IMG/VR virus record: IMGVR_UViG_3300020599_000005
DNA: 64,000 bases
DNA from: an uncultured virus (IMG/VR IMGVR_UViG_3300020599_000005)
Lineage: Duplodnaviria > Heunggongvirae > Uroviricota > Caudoviricetes
Strand: one strand, 5' to 3'
Numbering within the stretch: the stretch's first letter is position 1; the number at the start of each line of letters is the position of its first letter. Made by a program: the position numbers and the translations under genes. The notes beneath the pieces were generated by a model, which had not been told where the DNA came from, searched no databases, and saw only the letters and a program-made list of their open reading frames with translations. Positions 10,030 to 18,959 of this stretch are shown piece by piece.

Positions 10030-11559
10030 ATGAGGATAGAGATTGAAGGTCTCTCCCCTAAAGGGATTAACCTTATCCGGATGTTACACGGTAAGGAAGA
10101 CGTCCTTTGGGCAACCCCTGGCTATAGTTCGGCAAGTATTCCTGAGCGGGATAAGCTGTTCGACGATTTCAACAAGTACGTCTCGCGGCTGACTAAGGAA
10201 CAGCAAGACAAGTTGTGGAACATCTACATGGATGTCCGCGACGTCATCGCGACCGTCTCCGACCCTACGCTGCTCGACATAGAGCTGAAAAAGCTGGTTG
10301 TCCAGCTGTATGAGGTGGTCACCTACGCGGACTGTCGGCGTTACGTGTACCATGGCGGCGATGTGATGTTCCCGGAGAACCTCAAGACCGAGTACACCGA
10401 GTCCGATCTGCGCAGCCGCAATTATCAGGATCGAACGTACCTGCGAGACGAGTACATCGACCTGGTCATCCTGACGCTGGGTTATCGCTTCATGATTCCG
10501 ATCTGGGGCGAGTACATCCAGCGTGTTAGCAGCCGGACAGCGAACGAGTACAAGGAAACGGCAGCATTCGATCTGACGTCGCTGGCAGCGATCAACGAAT
10601 GGCCACCGACAATCCGGCTGAAGCGCTATGTCGATGCCTCAGTACTGGACAGTAAAGCCAGCATGGCAGTGCTGCTCTTTGCGTTGTCCACCGTGGAGAT
10701 TCCGAAACACCTGCTGGCGCTGGCGGTGGTGCGTAAACTGGCGGTCAGTCCGTTGTCGCCCCGCAACTCCGAGGACAACCTGATCAAGGTCCTGTACAAC
10801 CACGTCACTGGCACAGCTAACCGGCTGGATACCCGCTTTGGTGGGAACATCGGCCAGAAGAAACTGGTGAAGGATAGCGCTGAGGACGACAACTCCTCGG
10901 TGTGGGACATGTACAAGATCAACCAGGACATCCCCGACGGGGATAAGATCCTGATGGAAGTCTACACTGAGAACCCGCTCCAGATGGCGCGGCAGATCTA
11001 CGGTGAGGTGAACGAGGATCGGGTGCGTAAGTGCTTGAACGTCACCACCAAGCTGGACAACTTGGAAATCCATCCGCACCACGTGGCCATCACCCAATGG
11101 ATCATGGGCAAGGTGATTTCCCCGCGCGGGGTCCAGACCTTGCCCAAGCAGGCACTGCTGCGTGCGATGGGTGTCACCCAAGCCGTCCTGTGGGACTGGG
11201 GCTTCCTCGAACTGGCGGTGCTGGTGACTGCCGAGCGCCAGGAAGCTGAAGATCAAGAGATGTTCCAGGATGTGGCCGGTCGCTCCAGAGTGGAGGCATC
11301 GATGAAGGAAAAGCTCAACGAGCTGTACCCTCACTGGCGCCGAAACACCCGCCGATTTGATCCGGCTAAAAGAACTAACGTGGCGATCAATGCAATCGAC
11401 ACACTGGCAGACCAGCTTAACCGCTGCATCTGGCTCCCCAATGCACCCAAACAGTTGCTGGAGGAGTTTGACAACATCTCAGTTACCCGGCAATGGATCG
11501 TCTCCGGGAACATCAAGATGCAGTTGGCTGAGCTGATTGTCCGTCTGAACTCCAACTAA
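10030..11559 (+). CDS. nvRNAP sigma-like promoter-specificity subunit (phiKZ gp68-like)
   Basis: 509 aa helical protein; TY..EY..L..PIWGEY motif; synteny ChmC-gp68-PicA-gp70-beta. Confidence 0.7.
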   Translation: MRIEIEGLSPKGINLIRMLHGKEDVLWATPGYSSASIPERDKLFDDFNKYVSRLTKEQQDKLWNIYMDVRDVIATVSDPTLLDIELKKLVVQLYEVVTYADCRRYVYHGGDVMFPENLKTEYTESDLRSRNYQDRTYLRDEYIDLVILTLGYRFMIPIWGEYIQRVSSRTANEYKETAAFDLTSLAAINEWPPTIRLKRYVDASVLDSKASMAVLLFALSTVEIPKHLLALAVVRKLAVSPLSPRNSEDNLIKVLYNHVTGTANRLDTRFGGNIGQKKLVKDSAEDDNSSVWDMYKINQDIPDGDKILMEVYTENPLQMARQIYGEVNEDRVRKCLNVTTKLDNLEIHPHHVAITQWIMGKVISPRGVQTLPKQALLRAMGVTQAVLWDWGFLELAVLVTAERQEAEDQEMFQDVAGRSRVEASMKEKLNELYPHWRRNTRRFDPAKRTNVAINAIDTLADQLNRCIWLPNAPKQLLEEFDNISVTRQWIVSGNIKMQLAELIVRLNSN

Positions 11560-11587
11560 GCAACATTTCTTACACGAGGTACTATTC

Positions 11588-13045
11588 ATGAAAGTAACAC
11601 GTCTGATTCTCCGCGAGATGGGCGAGTACAACGACATGCCCATCCGATCTTTCGTGACAGACTACACTCCTCGTCGTGCAGATGAGTTGGTGGAGGCCAC
11701 GCGCGGCGGGCAAGACATCGATGCAGGCGTCCTGGCAGGCGTCGCTGGTCGGGTTATCCGGCCGGCATCTCGTGTAGAAGGCGTGGCAGGGATCGTCTCC
11801 GGATGGAGTGAGCGTCGGTTCATGTTCATCATGACCGTGGAGCTGCGCAAGAGCGATAACTCGATCATGGAAGAGGTCCTGACGGGCTTCACCAACTACA
11901 TCGGCGCATCGGTGATGGACAGCCGTAACGTCAAGCTCGACCGTGAGATGACCTTCCACTTCAACAGCCGCTTCAAAGTCCGCACCATGAAAGCCTTCGG
12001 TCGGGATGGGGCTATCTGGACGGGCACCATCTCTGACAATGCCCAGGTATTGGCTCGTCAGTCCCGCCCCAGCTTCAGCACCCGACCTGGTGAAAGTCGT
12101 AATGGGACCATGACCATGCGCCCGGAGGATTTCTTCGTGCGTCAGTCGGTGGCACCCAGCTTCCTCGATGCAGCAGGGTCTGAAGGGTTCCGGGACATGC
12201 GCGCGGGATATGGTAGTCAGGCACTGAAGTTCAGTCGTCGGGAGAACACCCAGTCGGCTAAATGGCTGAGCCGTACGCTGACGGCTGCACGGGATGCTGT
12301 CAGTAACGATTTCCTGGATGACGAAGATCCTTCGGTCGTGGCAGCCCGGGGTCGTGGCAAAGTCAGGGAACAGCTGGTCAACAACGACCAGATCTTCCGT
12401 GAGATGGCCGAGGACACCCAGATCATGGAAAGCGGTTACGTGACGTATGGCGAGCTGATCGACATGCGTGACAACCATCACCTGGACAGCATCGTCGATG
12501 TGGTGATGGCGGATCGTCGTAAGCCGGTACATCGTCGTGGCGACACCGAGAACTGGGGCGGTTCGGACAACGAGACCATCGCCTCGACTATCGTGGCGAA
12601 TGCGATCCCGACCATGCTGATGTCTTGCATGTACACCGAAGCCGAGATCTACTGCACCAACGACACCATCAATGGCGAGCACTTCGTCAAGGTCTCCCAC
12701 CTGGTACCGTATCTGCCGGAGACTGATTTGGACGAAATGTTCAACCAGTTCATCTCCATGATCAAACACGAGCTGCTACCGGACCTGTTCCCGGAAGACG
12801 GCATCCTGTATGAAATGACGGTCCGCAGTTCCATTATGGGCGAATGCAATATCGAGATTTCCGTCGAGAATGGTCCCTTCGCTCGCTTCACCTACCCGGT
12901 CTTCTGCGACTCGGTGATGAGCCCTATCCTCACCGAACGTGACGAAGTACTGGATACGTTAACCAAAGACATCGGCACTATCTCGGAGCGTCTCCGGACT
13001 GCGTCGACGACCCCCCGCATTAAGAAAGGGAGTGACTTCCTGTGA
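11588..13045 (+). CDS. picA: PicA/Imp1-like nuclear import factor (phiKZ gp69-like)
   Basis: 485 aa; GW.ERRFMF, MRPED motifs; position right after gp68-like gene. Confidence 0.65.
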   Translation: MKVTRLILREMGEYNDMPIRSFVTDYTPRRADELVEATRGGQDIDAGVLAGVAGRVIRPASRVEGVAGIVSGWSERRFMFIMTVELRKSDNSIMEEVLTGFTNYIGASVMDSRNVKLDREMTFHFNSRFKVRTMKAFGRDGAIWTGTISDNAQVLARQSRPSFSTRPGESRNGTMTMRPEDFFVRQSVAPSFLDAAGSEGFRDMRAGYGSQALKFSRRENTQSAKWLSRTLTAARDAVSNDFLDDEDPSVVAARGRGKVREQLVNNDQIFREMAEDTQIMESGYVTYGELIDMRDNHHLDSIVDVVMADRRKPVHRRGDTENWGGSDNETIASTIVANAIPTMLMSCMYTEAEIYCTNDTINGEHFVKVSHLVPYLPETDLDEMFNQFISMIKHELLPDLFPEDGILYEMTVRSSIMGECNIEISVENGPFARFTYPVFCDSVMSPILTERDEVLDTLTKDIGTISERLRTASTTPRIKKGSDFL

Positions 13046-14337
13046 AACTACTCGATTTCTACGCAGCGCTGCTGCGTGACTGTTACGTCTGGGACGACGA
13101 TGGCGAAGGCCTGCTGACGGGCCACTACGGTGGCAAGTCCCAGCCGGTGACCGTGGAGAAGCAGCGCTTAGCGCTGCCGATCCCGGAGCTGCTGCGTAAT
13201 CCCAAGGAAGGTGTGGTGGTCTTCCACCCGATGTCCGAGAAGATCAACCGTGGCGAAAGCCCGATCCTCAAGGCGCTCAAGGACTACATGCTCCTGCGCT
13301 CCCAGACCGTGCTGATCAACATCCTGCGCACGCTGATGGACACCGCCGCCTCGCCGGAGACCCACAAGAAGCTCGGACCGAAGATCGCCGAGTACCTGAA
13401 GAAGGTCCCGGAAGTCGACGAGAAGACCGTCGCTGCGCTGAACAAGGTGCTGAACATCGCCGCGCCGGGTACCGACCCGAACAAGCGCCTGATCAGCTAC
13501 TACCTCAAGCACGGCTCCAGCGGGACCGACGACTTCGCTCGGACCTGTGTGGTGTCCTTCCCCATCGAAGACGAGTTCGACAATGGCGAGAAGACCATCT
13601 TCGGCGTCACCATGCGGCCGAAAGACAAGGAGCGCATCAAGGCACTGTTCGACTACGTCCTGGGCGATGCCGAGGACCGTAAGCAGTACACCTTCGGGTC
13701 CAAGAACCTGGATGCGCCTTACTTCCACAGCCTGACCAATGCCTTCTACAAGGTGGCCAGTCGTCTGAACCACATCCTCGAGAAGCACAAGAAGCAATTC
13801 CCCGAGAACTTCGAGGAGCTGCACATGGACCTCTCCTGGGCAGAAGGGTTGGACAACTTCGCACTGTATCGGGGTCTGATCCCGTCGCAGGATGGCAATG
13901 AAGGGGCACCGATCCCCGAAGAGCCGAAGAAGGAAGAGCAGCTGGCAGCGTTCGCTCGTGAAAGCGTGGCTGAGCCTGAGAAGGACGCGCTGTCCGACCT
14001 GGTGGATGATCGTACAGTGCCTCGTCGTCCGTCTCCTGACGAAGCGGCTTCCCGTCGAGAAGAGCGGCGTCCGAGCAGCACCAGCAGTTCCGGTGCCAGC
14101 CAGTCGCTGTCTGACTTCTTCTCCCGGCGCGATGAAGCGCAGCGTGAAGACAGCCGTAACCGGGAGCACTGGGGTCGCCCCCGTCGCGATGAAGAACGGC
14201 GTGGTAGTAGCAACTGGGCCGACCGTTTCGCTGACAGCGGTCGAGGCGGGCGCGGGGATCGCCGTGATTTCGATGACCGGTACACCCGTTACGACCGCTC
14301 CGGTGGTCGTGGACGCGGCCGTGACCGTTTCGTCTAA
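13042..14337 (+). CDS. Conserved phiKZ gp70-like protein with R/D/G-rich disordered tail
   Basis: FHP.SE...RGESP motif, GTGA overlap with previous gene, strong codon bias. Confidence 0.75.
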   Translation: MKLLDFYAALLRDCYVWDDDGEGLLTGHYGGKSQPVTVEKQRLALPIPELLRNPKEGVVVFHPMSEKINRGESPILKALKDYMLLRSQTVLINILRTLMDTAASPETHKKLGPKIAEYLKKVPEVDEKTVAALNKVLNIAAPGTDPNKRLISYYLKHGSSGTDDFARTCVVSFPIEDEFDNGEKTIFGVTMRPKDKERIKALFDYVLGDAEDRKQYTFGSKNLDAPYFHSLTNAFYKVASRLNHILEKHKKQFPENFEELHMDLSWAEGLDNFALYRGLIPSQDGNEGAPIPEEPKKEEQLAAFARESVAEPEKDALSDLVDDRTVPRRPSPDEAASRREERRPSSTSSSGASQSLSDFFSRRDEAQREDSRNREHWGRPRRDEERRGSSNWADRFADSGRGGRGDRRDFDDRYTRYDRSGGRGRGRDRFV

Positions 14338-14339
14338 GT

Positions 14340-14399
14340 CGGCATAGGCAGCATAAAGCCAGGGGATAAAACCCCTGGCTTTATGCCTCTTCTTTTTTT
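14340..14399. terminator. Bidirectional hairpin between convergent genes (CGGCATA/TATGCC family)
   Basis: GCATAAAGCCAGGGG-ATAAAA-CCCCTGGCTTTATGC then T-tract. Confidence 0.75.
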
Positions 14400-14400
14400 G

Positions 14401-14745
14401 CTACACAGTCCCTTGTTGTGTACGAAAGAGCAGTCTGAGGTTATTCACCAGCATGTCCGAGGGGATCAGCAGCGAGACGACCTCAGCCGTCAGCTGGGTG
14501 GGACTGTCAAACTGGTTGATCCACAAATAGAGGTCGAAGTTCTCCGGCAGGTAACCCAGGTCTGTGAACAGGCCATAGAAATCACCTTCGTTTTTGTAGA
14601 CCAGACCCTGGTCCAGGATAATTGCCTGCGTGCTCGGGTGTTCACGCAGGTATTTCATGTGGCTTAGCATGAACGTCATGTACGCATCGGTGCTGATGTA
14701 CGACGGCAATTGCTTTACCATCAAGTTAGTCAGTGTCGAGCCCAT
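14401..14745 (-). CDS. Small conserved hypothetical protein (weak resemblance to baseplate gp53/LysM-like proteins)
   Basis: 114 aa ORF filling the gap; GDFYGL..WIN motif. Confidence 0.7.
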   Translation of the reverse strand: MGSTLTNLMVKQLPSYISTDAYMTFMLSHMKYLREHPSTQAIILDQGLVYKNEGDFYGLFTDLGYLPENFDLYLWINQFDSPTQLTAEVVSLLIPSDMLVNNLRLLFRTQQGTV

Positions 14746-14771
14746 GGGAGAAATTCTCTAAAAAGGTTTGA

Positions 14772-14785
14772 GTCCTACATTATAG
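14772..14785 (+). promoter_or_regulatory. Phage promoter-like motif GTCCTACATTATAG
   Basis: Identical to 9982-9995; about 40 nt upstream of the nvRNAP beta gene. Confidence 0.65.
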
Positions 14786-14822
14786 TCTTGCAAGATGGAA
14801 AACCAATCAGGGGATCAAAAAC

Positions 14823-16958
14823 GTGCTTGTCCAAAATAATCAGCTGCATCCACAGCTGCTGTCCATGAGTGCCCTGAACTCGCTTTACGCGCATATCTCG
14901 TCGCCGCGTGGGGCTATGTTTACGGGTAACCTAGGTCAGTTTCTGGTGGTGAACGGAGCGACCCGTAAGAGGTTGCTGGCGGGATGTGAACGTGAGTTCG
15001 GCCGTGCAACGTTCAAGCTGGGCTTCGATCGGGACGTAGAGATCATTCGCGTCATCCCGCGTTACCCGAAGACGCCTGGTGCGGATGCTATCCGCTACAA
15101 CCCCCAGACCATCGTGATCTACGAGGACTGGGAAACCAAAGAGGTGGGAATGCTGGACCTGGTTAAGTACCACAGTACCCACCAGCACTTCGGCTTCCGC
15201 TACGTCACCGATGAGGAGGCGTATTCCAAGTTGGTGCCTGGGGCTGCCATCAGTGCCGGCACCGTGGTAGCCCACAGCCCACTCGTGACGCCAGAAGGCG
15301 ACTACATGTACGGGCTGGAAACCAATGTCCTGTTCTCTTCCGACCCTGCGGTAATTGAGGACGGAATCAAGGTCAGCGATAAGTACCTGGAGCGGATCAT
15401 TCCGACCGGCTACGAGACGCGTGTGATCAGCTTCGGCAAGAACCGTTTCCCCATCAACCTCCATGGCAACGTGAACCATTACAAGCCTTTCCCGGATATT
15501 GGTGACCGTATCCACTCCGATGGGTTGCTCTCGGCACTGCGGGAACATGATGACATCCTGAACGTCGTGAACATGACGCCGTCGGCGTTACTTAGCCCGG
15601 ATTACATTTACGACGAGAAACAATACGCCGAACCGGATGCGCTGGTCGTGGACATCCGGGTGGAGCGTAACGACAGCATCCAGATTCCGCCGGTGCCGGT
15701 GGGGATGGAAGACCAGTTAATGAAGTACTGGAACGCCGATACGATCTTCTACAAGAAGATCCTCGACGAGTATTGGGCGCTGCGGCATAAGCGGGGACCT
15801 AACCTGCGCCTGCACCCAGACTTCCAGCGGATGGTGGTGGAAGCCATCAACCGTGTCGGTGCGGACTACCATCCGAAGATGGGCAAGTGGAGCGACATGG
15901 AACGGCTGGAGGCCACCAAGGTCGACAAGCTGTACCGTAACGTGCCGCTGGATGCCTGGCGGGTAGAAATCACTTACGAGCATCGTTCCATTCCGAACGT
16001 GGGCTTCAAGCTTACTGATATCCATGGCGGTAAAGGTGTTATCTGTCGGGTAGTGCCTGAAGAGGACATGCCTATCGATGATAACGGCAACCGTGTGGAA
16101 GTCATCATGGATGATCTGTCCACCACCCGTCGTCTAAACCCGGCCCGTTTCTACGAGCAGTATTATAATGCTGCTAGTCGGGACGTGGTGCTGCGCCTGC
16201 GCCGCCGGCTGGGACTGCACGACCACAAGCCAACCATCATCGAAGTGCACAACGCCGTGCAAAGCCTGAACCAGGCAGAAATCGAAGAGATGTTCGATTA
16301 CGTGTGCGGTTATTACGCGATCGTCTCGCCGCTGCTGCACCGTAAGCTCACCTCCGAGAAGTACCTGAACTACCCAGGTGCAAAGGCAGAACACCTGGAA
16401 GCCATTCTGCACGATGGCATCTACCTGTACTTCCCCACCAATAACCCCATTGATCGTCCAGAGTCGATCCGGCAAATCCAGAAGCAGTATCCGCCATTCA
16501 TTACACCGGTGACTTTCCGAGGCCTGTCGGGTAAGATCCGACGCAGTAAGCAGCCGATGTTAATCGGTTCGATGTACTTCATGGTGCTTGAGAAGACTGC
16601 GGAAGATTGGTCCGCTGTATCCTCGGCTAAGCTCCAGCACTATGGCACCACCGCTCGACTGACCAACCACGACAAGCACAGTGCGCCCGGTCGCCAGCAG
16701 GTAACCAAAACCTGGGGCGAATCCGAAGGGCGGCTGGGTGCAGCCACTGTGGGTGGTCAGGTTATTGGCGACATGATGGATGCGACCAACAACCCGCTGG
16801 CGCACAAGTTCATCCAACGTCGCCTGCTTACCGCGAAGTTCCCAACCAACGTCGATGAAGTGTTGGACAGGACTGTCGTGCCCAAAGGTGGTCACAGGCC
16901 GCTGAGCTATGTAAGGCACATCTTCCAATGCTCAGGTAAATCTTTCTGTAACGATTGA
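14823..16958 (+). CDS. nvRNAP beta C-terminal subunit (phiKZ gp71-73-like), intron-less
   Basis: SSPRGAMF, YG..N..EDGI.VS, GFKLTDIHGGKGVI, MP.D.NG, RRLNP, GESEGR motifs. Confidence 0.92.
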   Translation: MLVQNNQLHPQLLSMSALNSLYAHISSPRGAMFTGNLGQFLVVNGATRKRLLAGCEREFGRATFKLGFDRDVEIIRVIPRYPKTPGADAIRYNPQTIVIYEDWETKEVGMLDLVKYHSTHQHFGFRYVTDEEAYSKLVPGAAISAGTVVAHSPLVTPEGDYMYGLETNVLFSSDPAVIEDGIKVSDKYLERIIPTGYETRVISFGKNRFPINLHGNVNHYKPFPDIGDRIHSDGLLSALREHDDILNVVNMTPSALLSPDYIYDEKQYAEPDALVVDIRVERNDSIQIPPVPVGMEDQLMKYWNADTIFYKKILDEYWALRHKRGPNLRLHPDFQRMVVEAINRVGADYHPKMGKWSDMERLEATKVDKLYRNVPLDAWRVEITYEHRSIPNVGFKLTDIHGGKGVICRVVPEEDMPIDDNGNRVEVIMDDLSTTRRLNPARFYEQYYNAASRDVVLRLRRRLGLHDHKPTIIEVHNAVQSLNQAEIEEMFDYVCGYYAIVSPLLHRKLTSEKYLNYPGAKAEHLEAILHDGIYLYFPTNNPIDRPESIRQIQKQYPPFITPVTFRGLSGKIRRSKQPMLIGSMYFMVLEKTAEDWSAVSSAKLQHYGTTARLTNHDKHSAPGRQQVTKTWGESEGRLGAATVGGQVIGDMMDATNNPLAHKFIQRRLLTAKFPTNVDEVLDRTVVPKGGHRPLSYVRHIFQCSGKSFCND

Positions 16959-16966
16959 GGTAGGCC

Positions 16967-18937
16967 ATGCGACGCATTAACGCCCGTGACTGGATGAATC
17001 TATCTGCCGAGGAGATCTGGAATTTCGGCGATGAGCGGTTCATCATGATCTTCGACGATGGTGAATTGGAAACCACCACCCGGCGGTCGATCTTCAGCTG
17101 GTATCACTGGGAAGCCCATCGGACGTACCCTAAGACACCGCTACGGGTCTGCCACCATATGGGATCCAAACCACTGTCGAGCGACACTGCCTGTAACATC
17201 CTGAGTGCTGTGGCTCGGGACATCCATGAAACCTATGGCTGGACGATCAACCGGGAAACCGTCTGGAAGATCTTCTACGAGATCAGCAACAAAACCTACA
17301 ACGTGTTCACGGAGGAGCTGGAGGAGTACCACACCAGCTCCAACATCCTGGACTACTTGGAGATCTTCGATCACCCCAGTATCCAGGAGGCGAACGCAGC
17401 GGTGCGTCCCACGCAGAATTCCCTCGACGACACGTACGAGAAGATCAGCGAGGTCATGTACCATTGCCAGGAGTTGTCCCACAACCCGGTGGTCAGGGCT
17501 GTCCGTTCCGGTCTGGTGAAGATCGATCAGGTCAACCAGATCGTCGGACCGCGGGGCTTCATGACCGACGTGGACTCGAACATCTTCCGCAAGCCTATTA
17601 CGGTGGGCTACCTGCAAGGCCTGACCTCACTGTACGATTCGATGATCGAATCCCGTTCGGCAGTGAAAGCCTTGACGTTCACCAAGAAACCGCTGCGGCA
17701 AGTGGAGTACTTCAACCGGAAGATGCAGCTCTCGGCGTCCAACCTGCGCGATCTGATCTTGCAGAAGGACTGTGGTTCCGACGAGTACATCACCGCCCAC
17801 GTCACCAAGAACCTGCTCAAAGGCATCGAAGGTAAGTACTACCTCAAGGAAGGTAAACTGGTGGCAGCGCGGCGCGAGGACACCCACCTGATCGGTAAAA
17901 CCATCATGTGGCGTACGCCGACCAAGTGCCGCTTGCGCGGTGAAGGAGCTTGCTGTGAGACCTGCATGGGTGAGATTGCCTATTCCGTGCCGGATCACAC
18001 CAACCTGGGTCACGTATCCAGTACCGAGATGTGCCAAGAAGGCTCTCAGCTGGTCATGTCCGTCAAGCACTATGACGGCTCCAGTAAAGTGGCTGAAATG
18101 GACATCCCCGAGAACGATGCGAAGTTCATCCGGGAAAGTACGGAAGCCGGCCGAGTCATGCTCAACCATAACCTGGCCAACAAGAAAGCCTACCTGGTCA
18201 TGGAGTCCACCAGCAAACCGCCCGCCGAGGGGGCAGCAGGACTGGCTACCCTGACCAAGGACACCGATATCTCCCTGCTCTCGCCGCACCGTATCACTTC
18301 GTTCCGCGATGTGCTCTTCGGTTACGAGTCGCAGAACCCGGAAACGGGGGAAGCGATGGTGCTGGAAGAGTATGTGTCGGTGTCGCTCGGCTCTCGCTTG
18401 GGCAGTTTGTCCAAGGAGTTCCTGCAATACGTCGTGGATCGTGGATACACCATCACCGATTCTGGCGACTACCGGGTCGAGTTAGACCAGTGGGACTTCG
18501 GGCAGGTTGCTTTCGAGCTGCCGCTGCGCCACCTGAACATGCTGGACTACATGTCCGAGATCGAAGTCTTCCTGCGTTCGCCAACGGATGCTTCTCGCGA
18601 TTCTCGGATCGGCGGCAGTAAGAAGCTGATCGACTATACCTCGATTGACGAAGCCCTGCTGGACCTGTATGAACTGGCCAGTTCCAAGCTGTCCGTTAAC
18701 ATCGTGCACCTTGAAAACCTCTTGGTGTCGATGATGCGGTCAGCACGCGATCCCAATGACTATCGGATTCCGCCGTTTGGCGAGCCGGTCATGTTTGAGC
18801 GGCACAGCAAGCTCATGGAGATGCGTTCCATGGGCAGTGGCTTTGCCTACGAGCGCCAACCCGCGATGATCGAGGATGTTGACTCGTACCTCATTACTAA
18901 CAGACCGCCGCACATCCTGGACCCGATGCTGATCTGA
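16967..18937 (+). CDS. nvRNAP beta' C-terminal subunit (phiKZ gp74-like)
   Basis: QIVGPRG, YLQGL, ESRSAVKAL, DCGS, RTPTKC..CETCMG, QLVMSVKH (bridge helix and trigger loop). Confidence 0.92.
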   Translation: MRRINARDWMNLSAEEIWNFGDERFIMIFDDGELETTTRRSIFSWYHWEAHRTYPKTPLRVCHHMGSKPLSSDTACNILSAVARDIHETYGWTINRETVWKIFYEISNKTYNVFTEELEEYHTSSNILDYLEIFDHPSIQEANAAVRPTQNSLDDTYEKISEVMYHCQELSHNPVVRAVRSGLVKIDQVNQIVGPRGFMTDVDSNIFRKPITVGYLQGLTSLYDSMIESRSAVKALTFTKKPLRQVEYFNRKMQLSASNLRDLILQKDCGSDEYITAHVTKNLLKGIEGKYYLKEGKLVAARREDTHLIGKTIMWRTPTKCRLRGEGACCETCMGEIAYSVPDHTNLGHVSSTEMCQEGSQLVMSVKHYDGSSKVAEMDIPENDAKFIRESTEAGRVMLNHNLANKKAYLVMESTSKPPAEGAAGLATLTKDTDISLLSPHRITSFRDVLFGYESQNPETGEAMVLEEYVSVSLGSRLGSLSKEFLQYVVDRGYTITDSGDYRVELDQWDFGQVAFELPLRHLNMLDYMSEIEVFLRSPTDASRDSRIGGSKKLIDYTSIDEALLDLYELASSKLSVNIVHLENLLVSMMRSARDPNDYRIPPFGEPVMFERHSKLMEMRSMGSGFAYERQPAMIEDVDSYLITNRPPHILDPMLI

Positions 18938-18959
18938 CCGTAGTTAGGAGGCACCTCGT

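Noticed and set aside
14823..16958. Expected intron in the nvRNAP beta gene, as recalled for phiKZ gp71-73
   Set aside because: The ORF is continuous with all motifs; no intron core seen
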